From Pseudomonadota bacterium (GTDB lineage Bacteria; Pseudomonadota; Alphaproteobacteria; Rhizobiales; JANQQB01), in the NCBI GenBank assembly GCA_038745065.1, contig JBCDLT010000013.1, positions 22,790-86,789 of the forward strand: DNA of 64,000 bases, given 5' to 3'. Below, in pieces: positions 43,331 to 51,680 of this stretch. The position numbers and the translations under genes were made by a program. The stretch's first letter is position 1. Each line of letters begins with the position of its first letter. The notes below the pieces were generated by a model. The model made no database searches, was not told where the DNA came from, and saw only the letters and a list, made by a program, of their open reading frames with translations.

Positions 43331-44902
43331 ATGCCAGACGGTTCAGCGGAACGGAACAATCCGCCGGCGGCGCTCCATCGCCCGGTCTTTCCCGAAGGCC
43401 GGGCCGCCCGGCAAAGGCCTTCCGATGCTCCCTGCCCCGAACGCGACCGGCCTTATGTGCTTGTGGCAACGATCCTTGCCTCGGCCATGGCCTTTATCGA
43501 CAGCACTGTTGTCACCATTGCTCTGCCGGCCCTGCAGGACGACCTCTCCGCCAGTTTCTCGGCCCTGCAATGGGTTGTGAACGCCTATGCCCTGTTGCTG
43601 GGCGGCCTGATTCTGATTGGTGGCGGCGCGGGCGACCGTTATGGACGCAAACGGATTTTCCTGATCGGCATCGTCGTTTTTGCGCTTTCTTCGCTTGGCT
43701 GCGCGATTGCGCCGAACGTGGAAACACTGATCCTCGCCCGGGCCGGCAAGGGTATCGGTGCGGCGCTTCTGGTGCCGCAAAGCCTGGCGATCATAGCGGC
43801 CGCCTTTCCCAAAGACGTCCGGGGGCGTGCCATCGGCATCTGGGCCGGAGCGTCCGCCATCACCACCGCAATGGGCCCGCCGATCGGCGGGTTTCTGATT
43901 GACGTGCTGGACTGGCGGGTCGTGTTCTGGATCAACCTGCCGCTCTCCGCGATCGCGATTCTCGTCACGCTGCGGCATGTGCCGGAAAGCCGCAACCGTT
44001 CGGTCGATGGACCCCTCGATTGGCCGGGAGGGGTACTGGCGGTGCTCGGGTTCGGGGCGCTGACGCTCGGATTGACGCTGATCTCCGAGGCGCAGGACAT
44101 GCTGCTCTATGCCGGCGCGGCGCTTGTCGCCGGACTTGCCGCGTTGATCGGATTTCTTGCGGTGGAGTCCCGGACACCCAATCCCCTGGTACCACTGGCC
44201 CTGTTCCGCGACCGGTCGTTCACGTCCGCCAACTTCATGACGCTCTTCCTGTATGGCGCACTCTACGGGATCATGTTCCTGCTGCCTTTCGACCTGATCG
44301 AGCGGCGCGGGTTCACGGCAACCGAGGTCGGCCTCGTCTCGCTTCCGATCGGCATCATCATCGGCGTGTTTTCCAAGCTCGCCGGCGGCGCAGCCGATCG
44401 CAATGGACCGCGCCCGTTTCTCGTCGCCGGCTCTTTGCTGGTCGCCGGGTCAGCGGTGCTGCTCGGCGCCAATCTGGACGACTTCCGATTCGGCGTGATC
44501 GCCCCGGTTCTGATGCTCGCGTTCGGCATGGCGATGGTTGTCGCGCCGCTGACGACCGCCGTTATGAACGCGGCAGCAGACGACAATGCCGGCGCGGCGT
44601 CCGGGGTGAACAACGCCGCCAGCCGACTGGCCGGCCTGTTCGCCGTGGCCATTCTGGGGTCGGTTGCCAGCATTGTCTTTTCCGGCGCAATCGGCGACGG
44701 GCCCGGCACGGGCGGGACGCGCTTCGGAGTCATTCCCGAAGACGGAAATGCCCTGCGTCCGGCGGTAGAGACAGCCTTCCTGTCCGCCTATAGCGCTGCC
44801 TTGTGGGTAGCCGCCCTTTGGAGTGGGCTGGCCGCCCTCATCGCACTGCTCTTCCTCGGCCCGCGCGCCCGGGACCGCCTCCACCCTGCAGGCCGGCCAT
44901 AA
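43331..44902 (+). CDS. MFS transporter, DHA2 (14-TM, EmrB/QacA-like) family
   Basis: FIDSTVVTIALPALQDDL and GGLILIGGGAGDRYGRKR motifs. The ATG at codon 18 has a GGAG SD. The track ATG at 43280 sits in the loop of a hairpin. Confidence 0.85.
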   Translation: MPDGSAERNNPPAALHRPVFPEGRAARQRPSDAPCPERDRPYVLVATILASAMAFIDSTVVTIALPALQDDLSASFSALQWVVNAYALLLGGLILIGGGAGDRYGRKRIFLIGIVVFALSSLGCAIAPNVETLILARAGKGIGAALLVPQSLAIIAAAFPKDVRGRAIGIWAGASAITTAMGPPIGGFLIDVLDWRVVFWINLPLSAIAILVTLRHVPESRNRSVDGPLDWPGGVLAVLGFGALTLGLTLISEAQDMLLYAGAALVAGLAALIGFLAVESRTPNPLVPLALFRDRSFTSANFMTLFLYGALYGIMFLLPFDLIERRGFTATEVGLVSLPIGIIIGVFSKLAGGAADRNGPRPFLVAGSLLVAGSAVLLGANLDDFRFGVIAPVLMLAFGMAMVVAPLTTAVMNAAADDNAGAASGVNNAASRLAGLFAVAILGSVASIVFSGAIGDGPGTGGTRFGVIPEDGNALRPAVETAFLSAYSAALWVAALWSGLAALIALLFLGPRARDRLHPAGRP

Positions 44903-44996
44903 CCCGATTTGGGGATGTGAACGGTCATGCCATCGTGCTCGGTGTATCGGCCGCCCGGCGATCCATCCGTACGGGCCAGGCTTACGGAGAAAAACG

Positions 44997-45401
44997 ATGA
45001 AGAGACAAACAAGCGTCGGAGCCCTGGCTGTCGCCATACTGCTCGCCGCATGGGCAACACCCGGCATTGCACAGACCGCAGACGCCGTTGCCGATGCTTT
45101 CCTTGCCGAAATGCACGCCTTTGCCGACGCGGTCGAATCGGTGACGGATCAGGCCAGTGCGGCAAATGCCGTGAAAGCCATGCGCGTGGCAACCGACAGG
45201 ATGCAGGCCCTGTCCGAACAGCATGAGGCCCTGATATCCAGCCCGTCTATGACAGCGGCGATGATGCAACGGCAAAACGCGCTCATGTCGGTCCAGTTGC
45301 GCATCGGCACCGCCATGTCGGCGCTGGTCGCGGGCGATCCTGCCCTGCTTCAGATATTGTCCGACGAAATGGACCGCATGCCGGACTTTGGCGGCGAGTG
45401 A
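44997..45401 (+). CDS. hypothetical exported alpha-helical protein
   Basis: Internal ATG (codon 59) with GGAG SD. Signal peptide VAILLAAWATPGIAQT. No family recognised. Confidence 0.5.
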   Translation: MKRQTSVGALAVAILLAAWATPGIAQTADAVADAFLAEMHAFADAVESVTDQASAANAVKAMRVATDRMQALSEQHEALISSPSMTAAMMQRQNALMSVQLRIGTAMSALVAGDPALLQILSDEMDRMPDFGGE

Positions 45402-45658
45402 CGGACCGACGGATCTCCAAGGTCGGCGCTGCAGAGCGGTTCTGACCAATGATTTGCGGCAAGCAGCATCTCCTTGGCTTTGGCCGATGTGCAGATTCGG
45501 GGACGAAAGGCGCATTTTCTGGCAAAAAATGGCCAGCCAGGGGGTGCATTTTCGAAAAATATTGGTATTGTGCGCGCCCGAGAAACGCCCTTGGGCGTGA
45601 TGATCAAGGCCGTCGCCGACCGATCGGCCGCACGACACATCAAAAGTCAGGAAAAATC

Positions 45659-45895
45659 TTGCAGGTACTTGTACGCGACAACAATGTCGATCAGGCGCTT
45701 CGTGTCTTGAAGAAGAAGATGCAACGCGAAGGTGTCTTCCGGGAAATGAAGGCACGGCGGGCATACGAAAAGCCGTCCGAAAAGCGGGCGCGTGAAAAGG
45801 CGGAAGCCATCCGCCGCAACCGGAAAGCCGCGCGCAAGCTGGCGCAGCGTGAAGGTCTGCTTCCCGGTCCGAAGAAAAAGCCCGGCGCACGCTAA
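45659..45895 (+). CDS. rpsU: 30S ribosomal protein S21
   Basis: (M/L)[30 protein letters not shown]... is an unmistakable S21 sequence. The only in-frame start at the conserved N-terminus is TTG at 45659, preceded by AGGA. Confidence 0.9.
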   Translation: MQVLVRDNNVDQALRVLKKKMQREGVFREMKARRAYEKPSEKRAREKAEAIRRNRKAARKLAQREGLLPGPKKKPGAR

Positions 45896-45924
45896 AATCG
45901 CATGATCTGAATCAAGATCGTTTG

Positions 45925-45960
45925 AAGTCCGGTATCGTCGCTTGACGGACCGGGCTTTTT
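45925..45960 (+). terminator. rho-independent terminator after rpsU
   Basis: AAGUCCGG / CCGGGCUU outer stem (one G-U pair), inner CGUC/GACG stem with GCUU loop, then a U-run (45956-45960). Confidence 0.55.
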
Positions 45961-46116
45961 GTCGTGTTGTGCGCGCGGATCGTCGGACGCCAGAGGGGGC
46001 ACGAATCGTCCGATCATCCACACCGATTCGATCCTATCCTTCCTGCCATCGACAGCCGCAACCGCCGCTCAGCGGTTCGACCGTCGCTTCCCGTCATCCT
46101 CGTTCTGACTGACCCT

Positions 46117-46178
46117 TTCTGTACGCCAGAGGAAGGGCCGGAACCGCCCGTATCGTGTCTGTCGGGCAGCGTACAGAA
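46117..46178 (+). repeat. 10-bp perfect inverted repeat just upstream of the desaturase start
   Basis: TTCTGTACGC (46117-46126) ... 42 nt ... GCGTACAGAA (46169-46178). It ends 11 nt before the TTG start at 46190. Confidence 0.5.
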
Positions 46179-46189
46179 AGACCAGCGGT

Positions 46190-47233
46190 TTGAACCTCAT
46201 TGTCGATCCGGCGCCCGATGCGGCGCTACTGCCGGACGCCCGCCATTGGGTGCGCCGACTGGCCCGCTACAAAACCCCTGATTCGCGCCGCGCGGCCCTC
46301 GAACTGGGCATTACCGTCATCCCGTTTGCCGGACTTTGGGCAACAATGGCAATCGGCATGACCTTCGGCTTCTGGCCGGTCTTGCTGCTTATCCTGCCGA
46401 CGGCCGGCCTGCTTGTACGCCTCTTCATGATCCAGCACGATTGCGGTCACGGGTCGTTCTTCGCAAGCCGCATTGCCAACGACTGGACCGGACGCCTCAT
46501 CGGTGTCCTGACACTCACGCCCTACGCCTTCTGGAAACAGACCCACGCGACGCACCATGCGAGCTCCGGCAGTCTGGAACAACGCGGGATCGGCGACATC
46601 GATACCCTGACGGTCGCCGAGTATCAGGAACGATCCTCAATCGATCGCCTGAAATACCGACTCTACCGGCACCCGCTGGTCATGTTCGGGCTCGGTCCGG
46701 CCTACCTTTTCCTTGTCCAGCACCGCCTGCCGGTCGGGCTGTTTCGTGCCGGCTGGCGGCCGTGGGCTAGCGCGATGGGCACCAATGCGACGATTGTTGT
46801 CCTCATCCTCGCCTTGCTGCAGGTCATCACCCTGCCGGTTTTCCTGCTGGTCCATCTCCCGGTCCTGCTGATCGCCTCAACGGTCGGCGTCTGGCTGTTC
46901 TTCGTGCAACACCAGTTCGAGCAAACAGTTTGGGAATCCGGAACGCAATGGCAATGGCACGACGCCGCGCTGCACGGGTCGTCTCATTACGATCTGCCGG
47001 GGATCCTCCGCTGGTTCACGGCCAATATCGGCGTCCACCACGTCCACCATCTGTGTAGCCGGATCCCGTTCTACCGCTTGCCGGAAGTGCTGCGCGACAA
47101 TCCCGAATTGCGGGAGGTGAACCGGCTGACGCTGTCGGAGAGCCTCGGTTGCGTGCGCCTCGCCTTATGGGATGAGGATCGTCGCCGGCTGGTCGGATTT
47201 CGCGATGTCGAGCCGGTCGTGCCGGCGAACTGA
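46190..47233 (+). CDS. membrane fatty acid desaturase family protein
   Basis: Three His boxes: HDCGHGS, HATHH, HHVHHL. TTG start with no obvious SD, so the start is uncertain. Confidence 0.8.
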   Translation: MNLIVDPAPDAALLPDARHWVRRLARYKTPDSRRAALELGITVIPFAGLWATMAIGMTFGFWPVLLLILPTAGLLVRLFMIQHDCGHGSFFASRIANDWTGRLIGVLTLTPYAFWKQTHATHHASSGSLEQRGIGDIDTLTVAEYQERSSIDRLKYRLYRHPLVMFGLGPAYLFLVQHRLPVGLFRAGWRPWASAMGTNATIVVLILALLQVITLPVFLLVHLPVLLIASTVGVWLFFVQHQFEQTVWESGTQWQWHDAALHGSSHYDLPGILRWFTANIGVHHVHHLCSRIPFYRLPEVLRDNPELREVNRLTLSESLGCVRLALWDEDRRRLVGFRDVEPVVPAN

Positions 47234-47245
47234 TACCGGCAACCT

Positions 47246-48340
47246 TCAGGCCGTCCCGACCCCGATCCGGCGGTAGACAAAATCAGGCGCATCGGTGCGG
47301 CTTTCAGCTTCGGCAATCTCCGCCATCATGTCGTGATGAGGCGACAGGATGCAGGCGGGATCGGTATTGGCCGCATCGCCTGTCACCGCCATCGCCTGGC
47401 ATCGACAGCCGCCGAAATCAAGGTGCTTGCGGGGGCAGGATCGACACGGTTCCGCCATCCACTCAGTGCCGCGAAACCTGTTGAAGGCTGATGAACCGAT
47501 CCAGATTTCGGCGAGCGTCTTTTCGGGTATCCGATCAAACTCCAGATCAGGGATCGTCATCGCGGCATGGCACGGCAGAACGGTCCCGTCGGGCGCGATT
47601 GTTATGACGTCGGAACCCCATCCGCCCATACAGGGTTTGGGATAATCCGCATAATAATCCGGCGTTACGAAGTCGATCGTCAAGACGCCGGCAAGACGCT
47701 GCCGCGCCGCTTCCACGATGTCGACCTGACGCGCAATGGCATCGCGTTCCGGCATAAGGGCGCCGCGGTTGAGATAGGCCCAACCGTAATATTGCACATT
47801 GGCGATTTCCAAACGGTCGGCATCCAGGGCCAGAGCCAGGTCGATGAACTCGGCGACCTCGCCGATATTGTGGCGATGGATCGGTGCGTTGATCGTAAGC
47901 GGCAGGCCGGCCTCACGCACCCAGCCGGCAAACGTGCACTTGCGTTCGTGACCGCCCTTGAACCGGCCGATCAATTCGGTCGTTTCCGGCCGGGCGCCCT
48001 GGATCGACAATTGCACATGGTCGAGACCGGCTTCGGCCAGCCGTGCAACGCCGTCTCGTTTCAGGCTGACCCCGGCCGTGATCAGATTGGTATAGACGCC
48101 GCGCCTCGCAAAGCCCGCAATGATCTCCGCAAGATCGGTGCGCAGCGTCGGTTCTCCACCGGACAGATGCACTTGCAGCGCGCCGAGATCCGCCGCCTGA
48201 TCGGCGACGTCGAGCCAGGTCACGGTGGAAAGTTCCGAACGCGCCTTCAGAAGTGCCTTCGGATTAGAGCAATACGGACATTGCAGCGGACAGCGATGGG
48301 TGAGTTCGGCAAGCAGGCCGATCGGCGGTCCGGGCATCAT
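47246..48340 (-). CDS. pqqE: PQQ biosynthesis radical SAM protein PqqE
   Basis: LLAELTHRCPLQCPYCSNP (CxxxCxxC). The start at codon 19 of ORF 47246..48394 gives an ATGA overlap with the pqqD stop. Confidence 0.9.
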   Translation of the reverse strand: MMPGPPIGLLAELTHRCPLQCPYCSNPKALLKARSELSTVTWLDVADQAADLGALQVHLSGGEPTLRTDLAEIIAGFARRGVYTNLITAGVSLKRDGVARLAEAGLDHVQLSIQGARPETTELIGRFKGGHERKCTFAGWVREAGLPLTINAPIHRHNIGEVAEFIDLALALDADRLEIANVQYYGWAYLNRGALMPERDAIARQVDIVEAARQRLAGVLTIDFVTPDYYADYPKPCMGGWGSDVITIAPDGTVLPCHAAMTIPDLEFDRIPEKTLAEIWIGSSAFNRFRGTEWMAEPCRSCPRKHLDFGGCRCQAMAVTGDAANTDPACILSPHHDMMAEIAEAESRTDAPDFVYRRIGVGTA

Positions 48341-48657
48341 AATGCCTGCCCCTTCCCGCTCTCCGCCGAGATCAGCAACCGGCGGTCGCTCCATTCCTGC
48401 AGAAACTCCAGCACATCCGGCTTCACGGCGCCAAGGGGCGCGTCATAGTCTTCAGCCAATCTCGCCGAGATCCCGCCCGCACTCGCAGTCCCATCGCACA
48501 GGCGAAGGATGGCCAGGCTGGTCTCGTCCGGCCAGTAGACCCGTTCCGGCGCTAGCACCGCCCAGGCTTGGCGGACGGTGCAATAATGCAGGCGGACATA
48601 GCCGGGTAGAGCGGGAACGCTGGCGTCGTCGATCTGCAACCGGGTACGGACGGTCAT
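48337..48657 (-). CDS. pqqD: PQQ biosynthesis peptide chaperone PqqD
   Basis: 106 aa, positioned between pqqC and pqqE. AILRLCDG...I...LAEDYDAP...DVLEFLQEW. Confidence 0.85.
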   Translation of the reverse strand: MTVRTRLQIDDASVPALPGYVRLHYCTVRQAWAVLAPERVYWPDETSLAILRLCDGTASAGGISARLAEDYDAPLGAVKPDVLEFLQEWSDRRLLISAESGKGQAL

Positions 48658-48660
48658 CGC

Positions 48661-49416
48661 TCAATCCGGCGCGGGCCGAAACGCACCGGGCGGAATGTGA
48701 CCAGGTTCCACATAGGCGCTGTAGAGGGCGTCGAGTTGCGCCCAGAGAATATCGCACTTCGTCCGAAGCGCACCGATCGCCGCCTGCTGCTTTTCCGGTG
48801 TGTCCGCCGTCCGCTTGACGAAGGCGAGCGCAAAATCCGCATCGCGCGGCGCCTGATGCAGTCTTGGTTTGAAATAGGCAAGCGTGTCTTCGGTGATGTA
48901 GTCGTATCGCGCGAGCATCGCCGGTACCCGAGCCGCAATCGCCGCCCCGGAAAACATCTCCGTCAGGGACGAGGCGACGGCGACCAGGAAGGAATGATGC
49001 GAGACCAGGTCGACATAGGCACCGACCGCAAAACGTGTTGCCGGCAACGCCCATTCCTGTGAGGTCACCCGGTCGCGATCGAGACCGAGGCTTTCCGCAA
49101 GGTGCAGCCAGCGCGCAATCCCGCCGGACGAATCCGCATCCCCGTCATGGTCGATGATGCGTTCCCGCCATTCCCGGCGAAACGTCGGATCGTCGGATCG
49201 CGACAAAATGATCGCGTCCTTCTTCGGAATGACGGCCTGATAACAATAGCGATTGAGCGCCCAGGCCTGCATTTGTTGCCGGGTCAGATCGCCCGCATTC
49301 ATCAGTTTGTGGAAGGGGTGAAGCACGTGATAACGCTCCGCGCCGACGGCACGCAGCGCGTCCTCAAGACCATCGGGCGACAGCAATCGGGCGGGCGTCT
49401 CAATGCCGTCCGTCAA
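48661..49416 (-). CDS. pqqC: pyrroloquinoline-quinone synthase PqqC
   Basis: 251 aa. ERYHVLHPFHKLMNAGDLTRQQMQAWALNRYCYQ is typical of PqqC. Confidence 0.9.
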   Translation of the reverse strand: MTDGIETPARLLSPDGLEDALRAVGAERYHVLHPFHKLMNAGDLTRQQMQAWALNRYCYQAVIPKKDAIILSRSDDPTFRREWRERIIDHDGDADSSGGIARWLHLAESLGLDRDRVTSQEWALPATRFAVGAYVDLVSHHSFLVAVASSLTEMFSGAAIAARVPAMLARYDYITEDTLAYFKPRLHQAPRDADFALAFVKRTADTPEKQQAAIGALRTKCDILWAQLDALYSAYVEPGHIPPGAFRPAPD

Positions 49417-50375
49417 AACTCCATCTCCATCCCGTCATAGGCGATTTCCCATCCCTGATCGGTGACGAACCGTTCCGCATCGGAACCTGGTTCAAGGATC
49501 GGATTGGTGTTGTTGATATGCACGAAGACCTTTCTGGCGATATCGAGGCCGCGAAGCGCCTCGATCGACCCGTCCGGCCCGGAAATGGCCATGTGCCCCA
49601 TGCGCGCACCGGTCTTTTCTCCGACCCCGGTATCGTGCATCTCGGTGTCAACGAAGACCGTACCGTCGAACATCAGGCAACCGGCGCCTTCGAGCCGCTG
49701 CCGCAACGCATCGTCGACCTGTGCACAGCCGGGAATGTAGTAGATGCCACGGTGCGGATCACTGCGACCCGGTGTTTCGCCGGACCGGTCCGAGGCAATC
49801 CGCACACCGATCGTGTCTCCCTCGCGGGTGCCGAAATTCTCCGCGGCAGCGCCTTCGTCTTCCAGGAACAGGGCGACCTTGCCCGGCACCACAAACGTCT
49901 CGATCGAAAGCCCCGTGGGACCGTCCGGTCCGATCAGTTCCGTTGTGCCGGAGAGCGGCAATTCCCGACGCTCCACATGGGCCGGATTGAGGACGCGGAA
50001 GATCGAATTGGCGTCGAGCGTTTCCAGCACCCGAGCGGTGGCGTACAGCGAGAACGGCTGTCTTTCCCGCAGGTTGAGAAGCCCGGCAATGTGATCCACG
50101 TCGGCGTTGGTCAGAACGACGGCGGCGATCGGCGTATGGCGCAACGGCCCGTCCGCACGCGGCTGCAATTCCGGCGTGGCGGCAATCTGCGCGCGAAGGT
50201 CCGGCGACGCATTTAAAAGCGCCCAATGAACCCCGTCAGCGCTTGCAGCCAGGCTGGATTGCGTGCGCGCAAGAAACCCGGGGCGAGCCTGCCGCACAGC
50301 CCGGGAAAGCGGGGCGTTGCAATTCCATTGGGGAAATCCCCCGCCGGCTGCCGCCCCGACAATCTTGATTTTCAT
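49413..50375 (-). CDS. pqqB: PQQ biosynthesis protein PqqB (MBL fold)
   Basis: MKIKIVGAAAGGGFPQWNCNAP N-terminus. ATGA overlap with pqqC. Confidence 0.9.
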   Translation of the reverse strand: MKIKIVGAAAGGGFPQWNCNAPLSRAVRQARPGFLARTQSSLAASADGVHWALLNASPDLRAQIAATPELQPRADGPLRHTPIAAVVLTNADVDHIAGLLNLRERQPFSLYATARVLETLDANSIFRVLNPAHVERRELPLSGTTELIGPDGPTGLSIETFVVPGKVALFLEDEGAAAENFGTREGDTIGVRIASDRSGETPGRSDPHRGIYYIPGCAQVDDALRQRLEGAGCLMFDGTVFVDTEMHDTGVGEKTGARMGHMAISGPDGSIEALRGLDIARKVFVHINNTNPILEPGSDAERFVTDQGWEIAYDGMEMEF

Positions 50376-50433
50376 GCAAAGGCACCGCCGTCACAGGCCG
50401 CGATCAGCGGCGTTGACCTTGTGTGCCGAAAGC

Positions 50434-50529
50434 TCAGCGCTTGCAGGTGCCCAGTTCGGCCGGCAAATAGCGCGATACTTCGAACCCGGCTTCTACAGTC
50501 TGCATGACGGGCTTTTTCCAGGTTTTCAT
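50434..50529 (-). CDS. pqqA: PQQ precursor peptide PqqA (31 aa; absent from the ORF track)
   Basis: Hand translation of the minus strand gives MKTWKKPVMQTVEAGFEVSRYLPAELGTCKR. It contains the conserved E-x-x-x-Y (EVSRY) and the W-K-K-P N-terminal pattern. GGAGGA SD lies 7 nt upstream. It sits 58 nt upstream of pqqB. Confidence 0.8.
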   Translation of the reverse strand: MKTWKKPVMQTVEAGFEVSRYLPAELGTCKR

Positions 50530-50595
50530 CTCGGCGTCCTCCTTGGGGTGTGTATCGGTCGCCCGGTCCATCGCGCAACCGATCGCTCAGGGTAA

Positions 50596-50655
50596 CGGCA
50601 ATCCCGACTTCGGCAATCGGTACTTTGGTCCACCTTTTGCGGCCAGCCGGCAATC
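50596..50655 (-). promoter_or_regulatory. three direct copies of GATTGCCG upstream of pqqA
   Basis: Plus-strand CGGCAATC at 50596-50603, 50611-50618 and 50648-50655, i.e. 67-126 nt upstream of the pqqA ATG, in the pqqA/DMT divergent region. Confidence 0.4.
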
Positions 50656-50734
50656 CGGCCGTTTGACACGTCCGGCACCGGACTGACATGGTGATTATTC
50701 CGGGCATCCGCCCCTCAACCGGAAACAACAAATC

Positions 50735-51664
50735 GTGACATCCGCCGCCGACCGGTCTGGCGTGCACGCGCCTCTGGCATCGGGCCGCGAAAAACTCGTT
50801 GGCCACGCGGCCATGGTGCTGTTCGCCTTTCTCATCGCCTGGTCCTTTTCCCTTGGTGCGCTTGCTGTTCCCTACATTGAATCGGCCCCCTTGAACGCGC
50901 TGCGCTTCGTTGTCGGGACCACGATAATGGGCGTTGTCGCCGCAATACTTCGACCGTCGGATCTGCGTCTGCCGACCGCCCCATGGCGGTTTGCCGTGCT
51001 TGGATCTCTGATGGCAACCTACTTCGTGACGATGTTCATGGCGCTGCAGATCACCGATCCGGTGTCGACCGGTGCTGTGTTCACGCTCGGGCCCCTTATG
51101 GCGACCGTTTTCGGCTATTTTGTCCTGCATCAACGGCCGACACCTGTCATTCTTCTCAGTCTGGTTTTCGCCGGCCTCGGTTCCCTCTGGGTGATTTTCA
51201 AGGGCGACATCGATGCCATCCTGGCCTTCCAGGTCGGCAAGGGAGAACTGATTTTCCTGGTGGGCTGCGCCGGACACGCGCTGTACGCCCCGATGGTCAA
51301 ACGACTTAATCGCGGCGAACCCGTCCTGATCTTCACGTTCTGGACCCTGTTCGCGACCATGCTCTGGATTTCCGCCTATGGAGCACCTCAGATCGTGGCG
51401 ACCGACTGGGCGGCGATGCCGGCGATCGTCTGGGGCGTGATCGCCTATCTCGCAATCTTCACGACGGCGTGCACCTTCTTCCTGGTTCAGTTTGCATCGC
51501 TGCGCCTGCCGTCCTCCAAGGTCCTGTCCTATGTGTATCTGACACCGGTCTTCATCATTTTCATGGAAGGCTTTCTCGGCCACGGCTGGGTCGGATTTCC
51601 GATACTCGCGGGCGCGCTGGTGACCGTGCTCGGGCTGGTCGTGTTGGCATTTTCGGCCGACTGA
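50735..51664 (+). CDS. DMT superfamily (EamA-type) transporter
   Basis: 309 aa, 10 TM pattern, GTG start. Confidence 0.8.
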   Translation: MTSAADRSGVHAPLASGREKLVGHAAMVLFAFLIAWSFSLGALAVPYIESAPLNALRFVVGTTIMGVVAAILRPSDLRLPTAPWRFAVLGSLMATYFVTMFMALQITDPVSTGAVFTLGPLMATVFGYFVLHQRPTPVILLSLVFAGLGSLWVIFKGDIDAILAFQVGKGELIFLVGCAGHALYAPMVKRLNRGEPVLIFTFWTLFATMLWISAYGAPQIVATDWAAMPAIVWGVIAYLAIFTTACTFFLVQFASLRLPSSKVLSYVYLTPVFIIFMEGFLGHGWVGFPILAGALVTVLGLVVLAFSAD

Positions 51665-51680
51665 AGACCGGCGAACCGCT

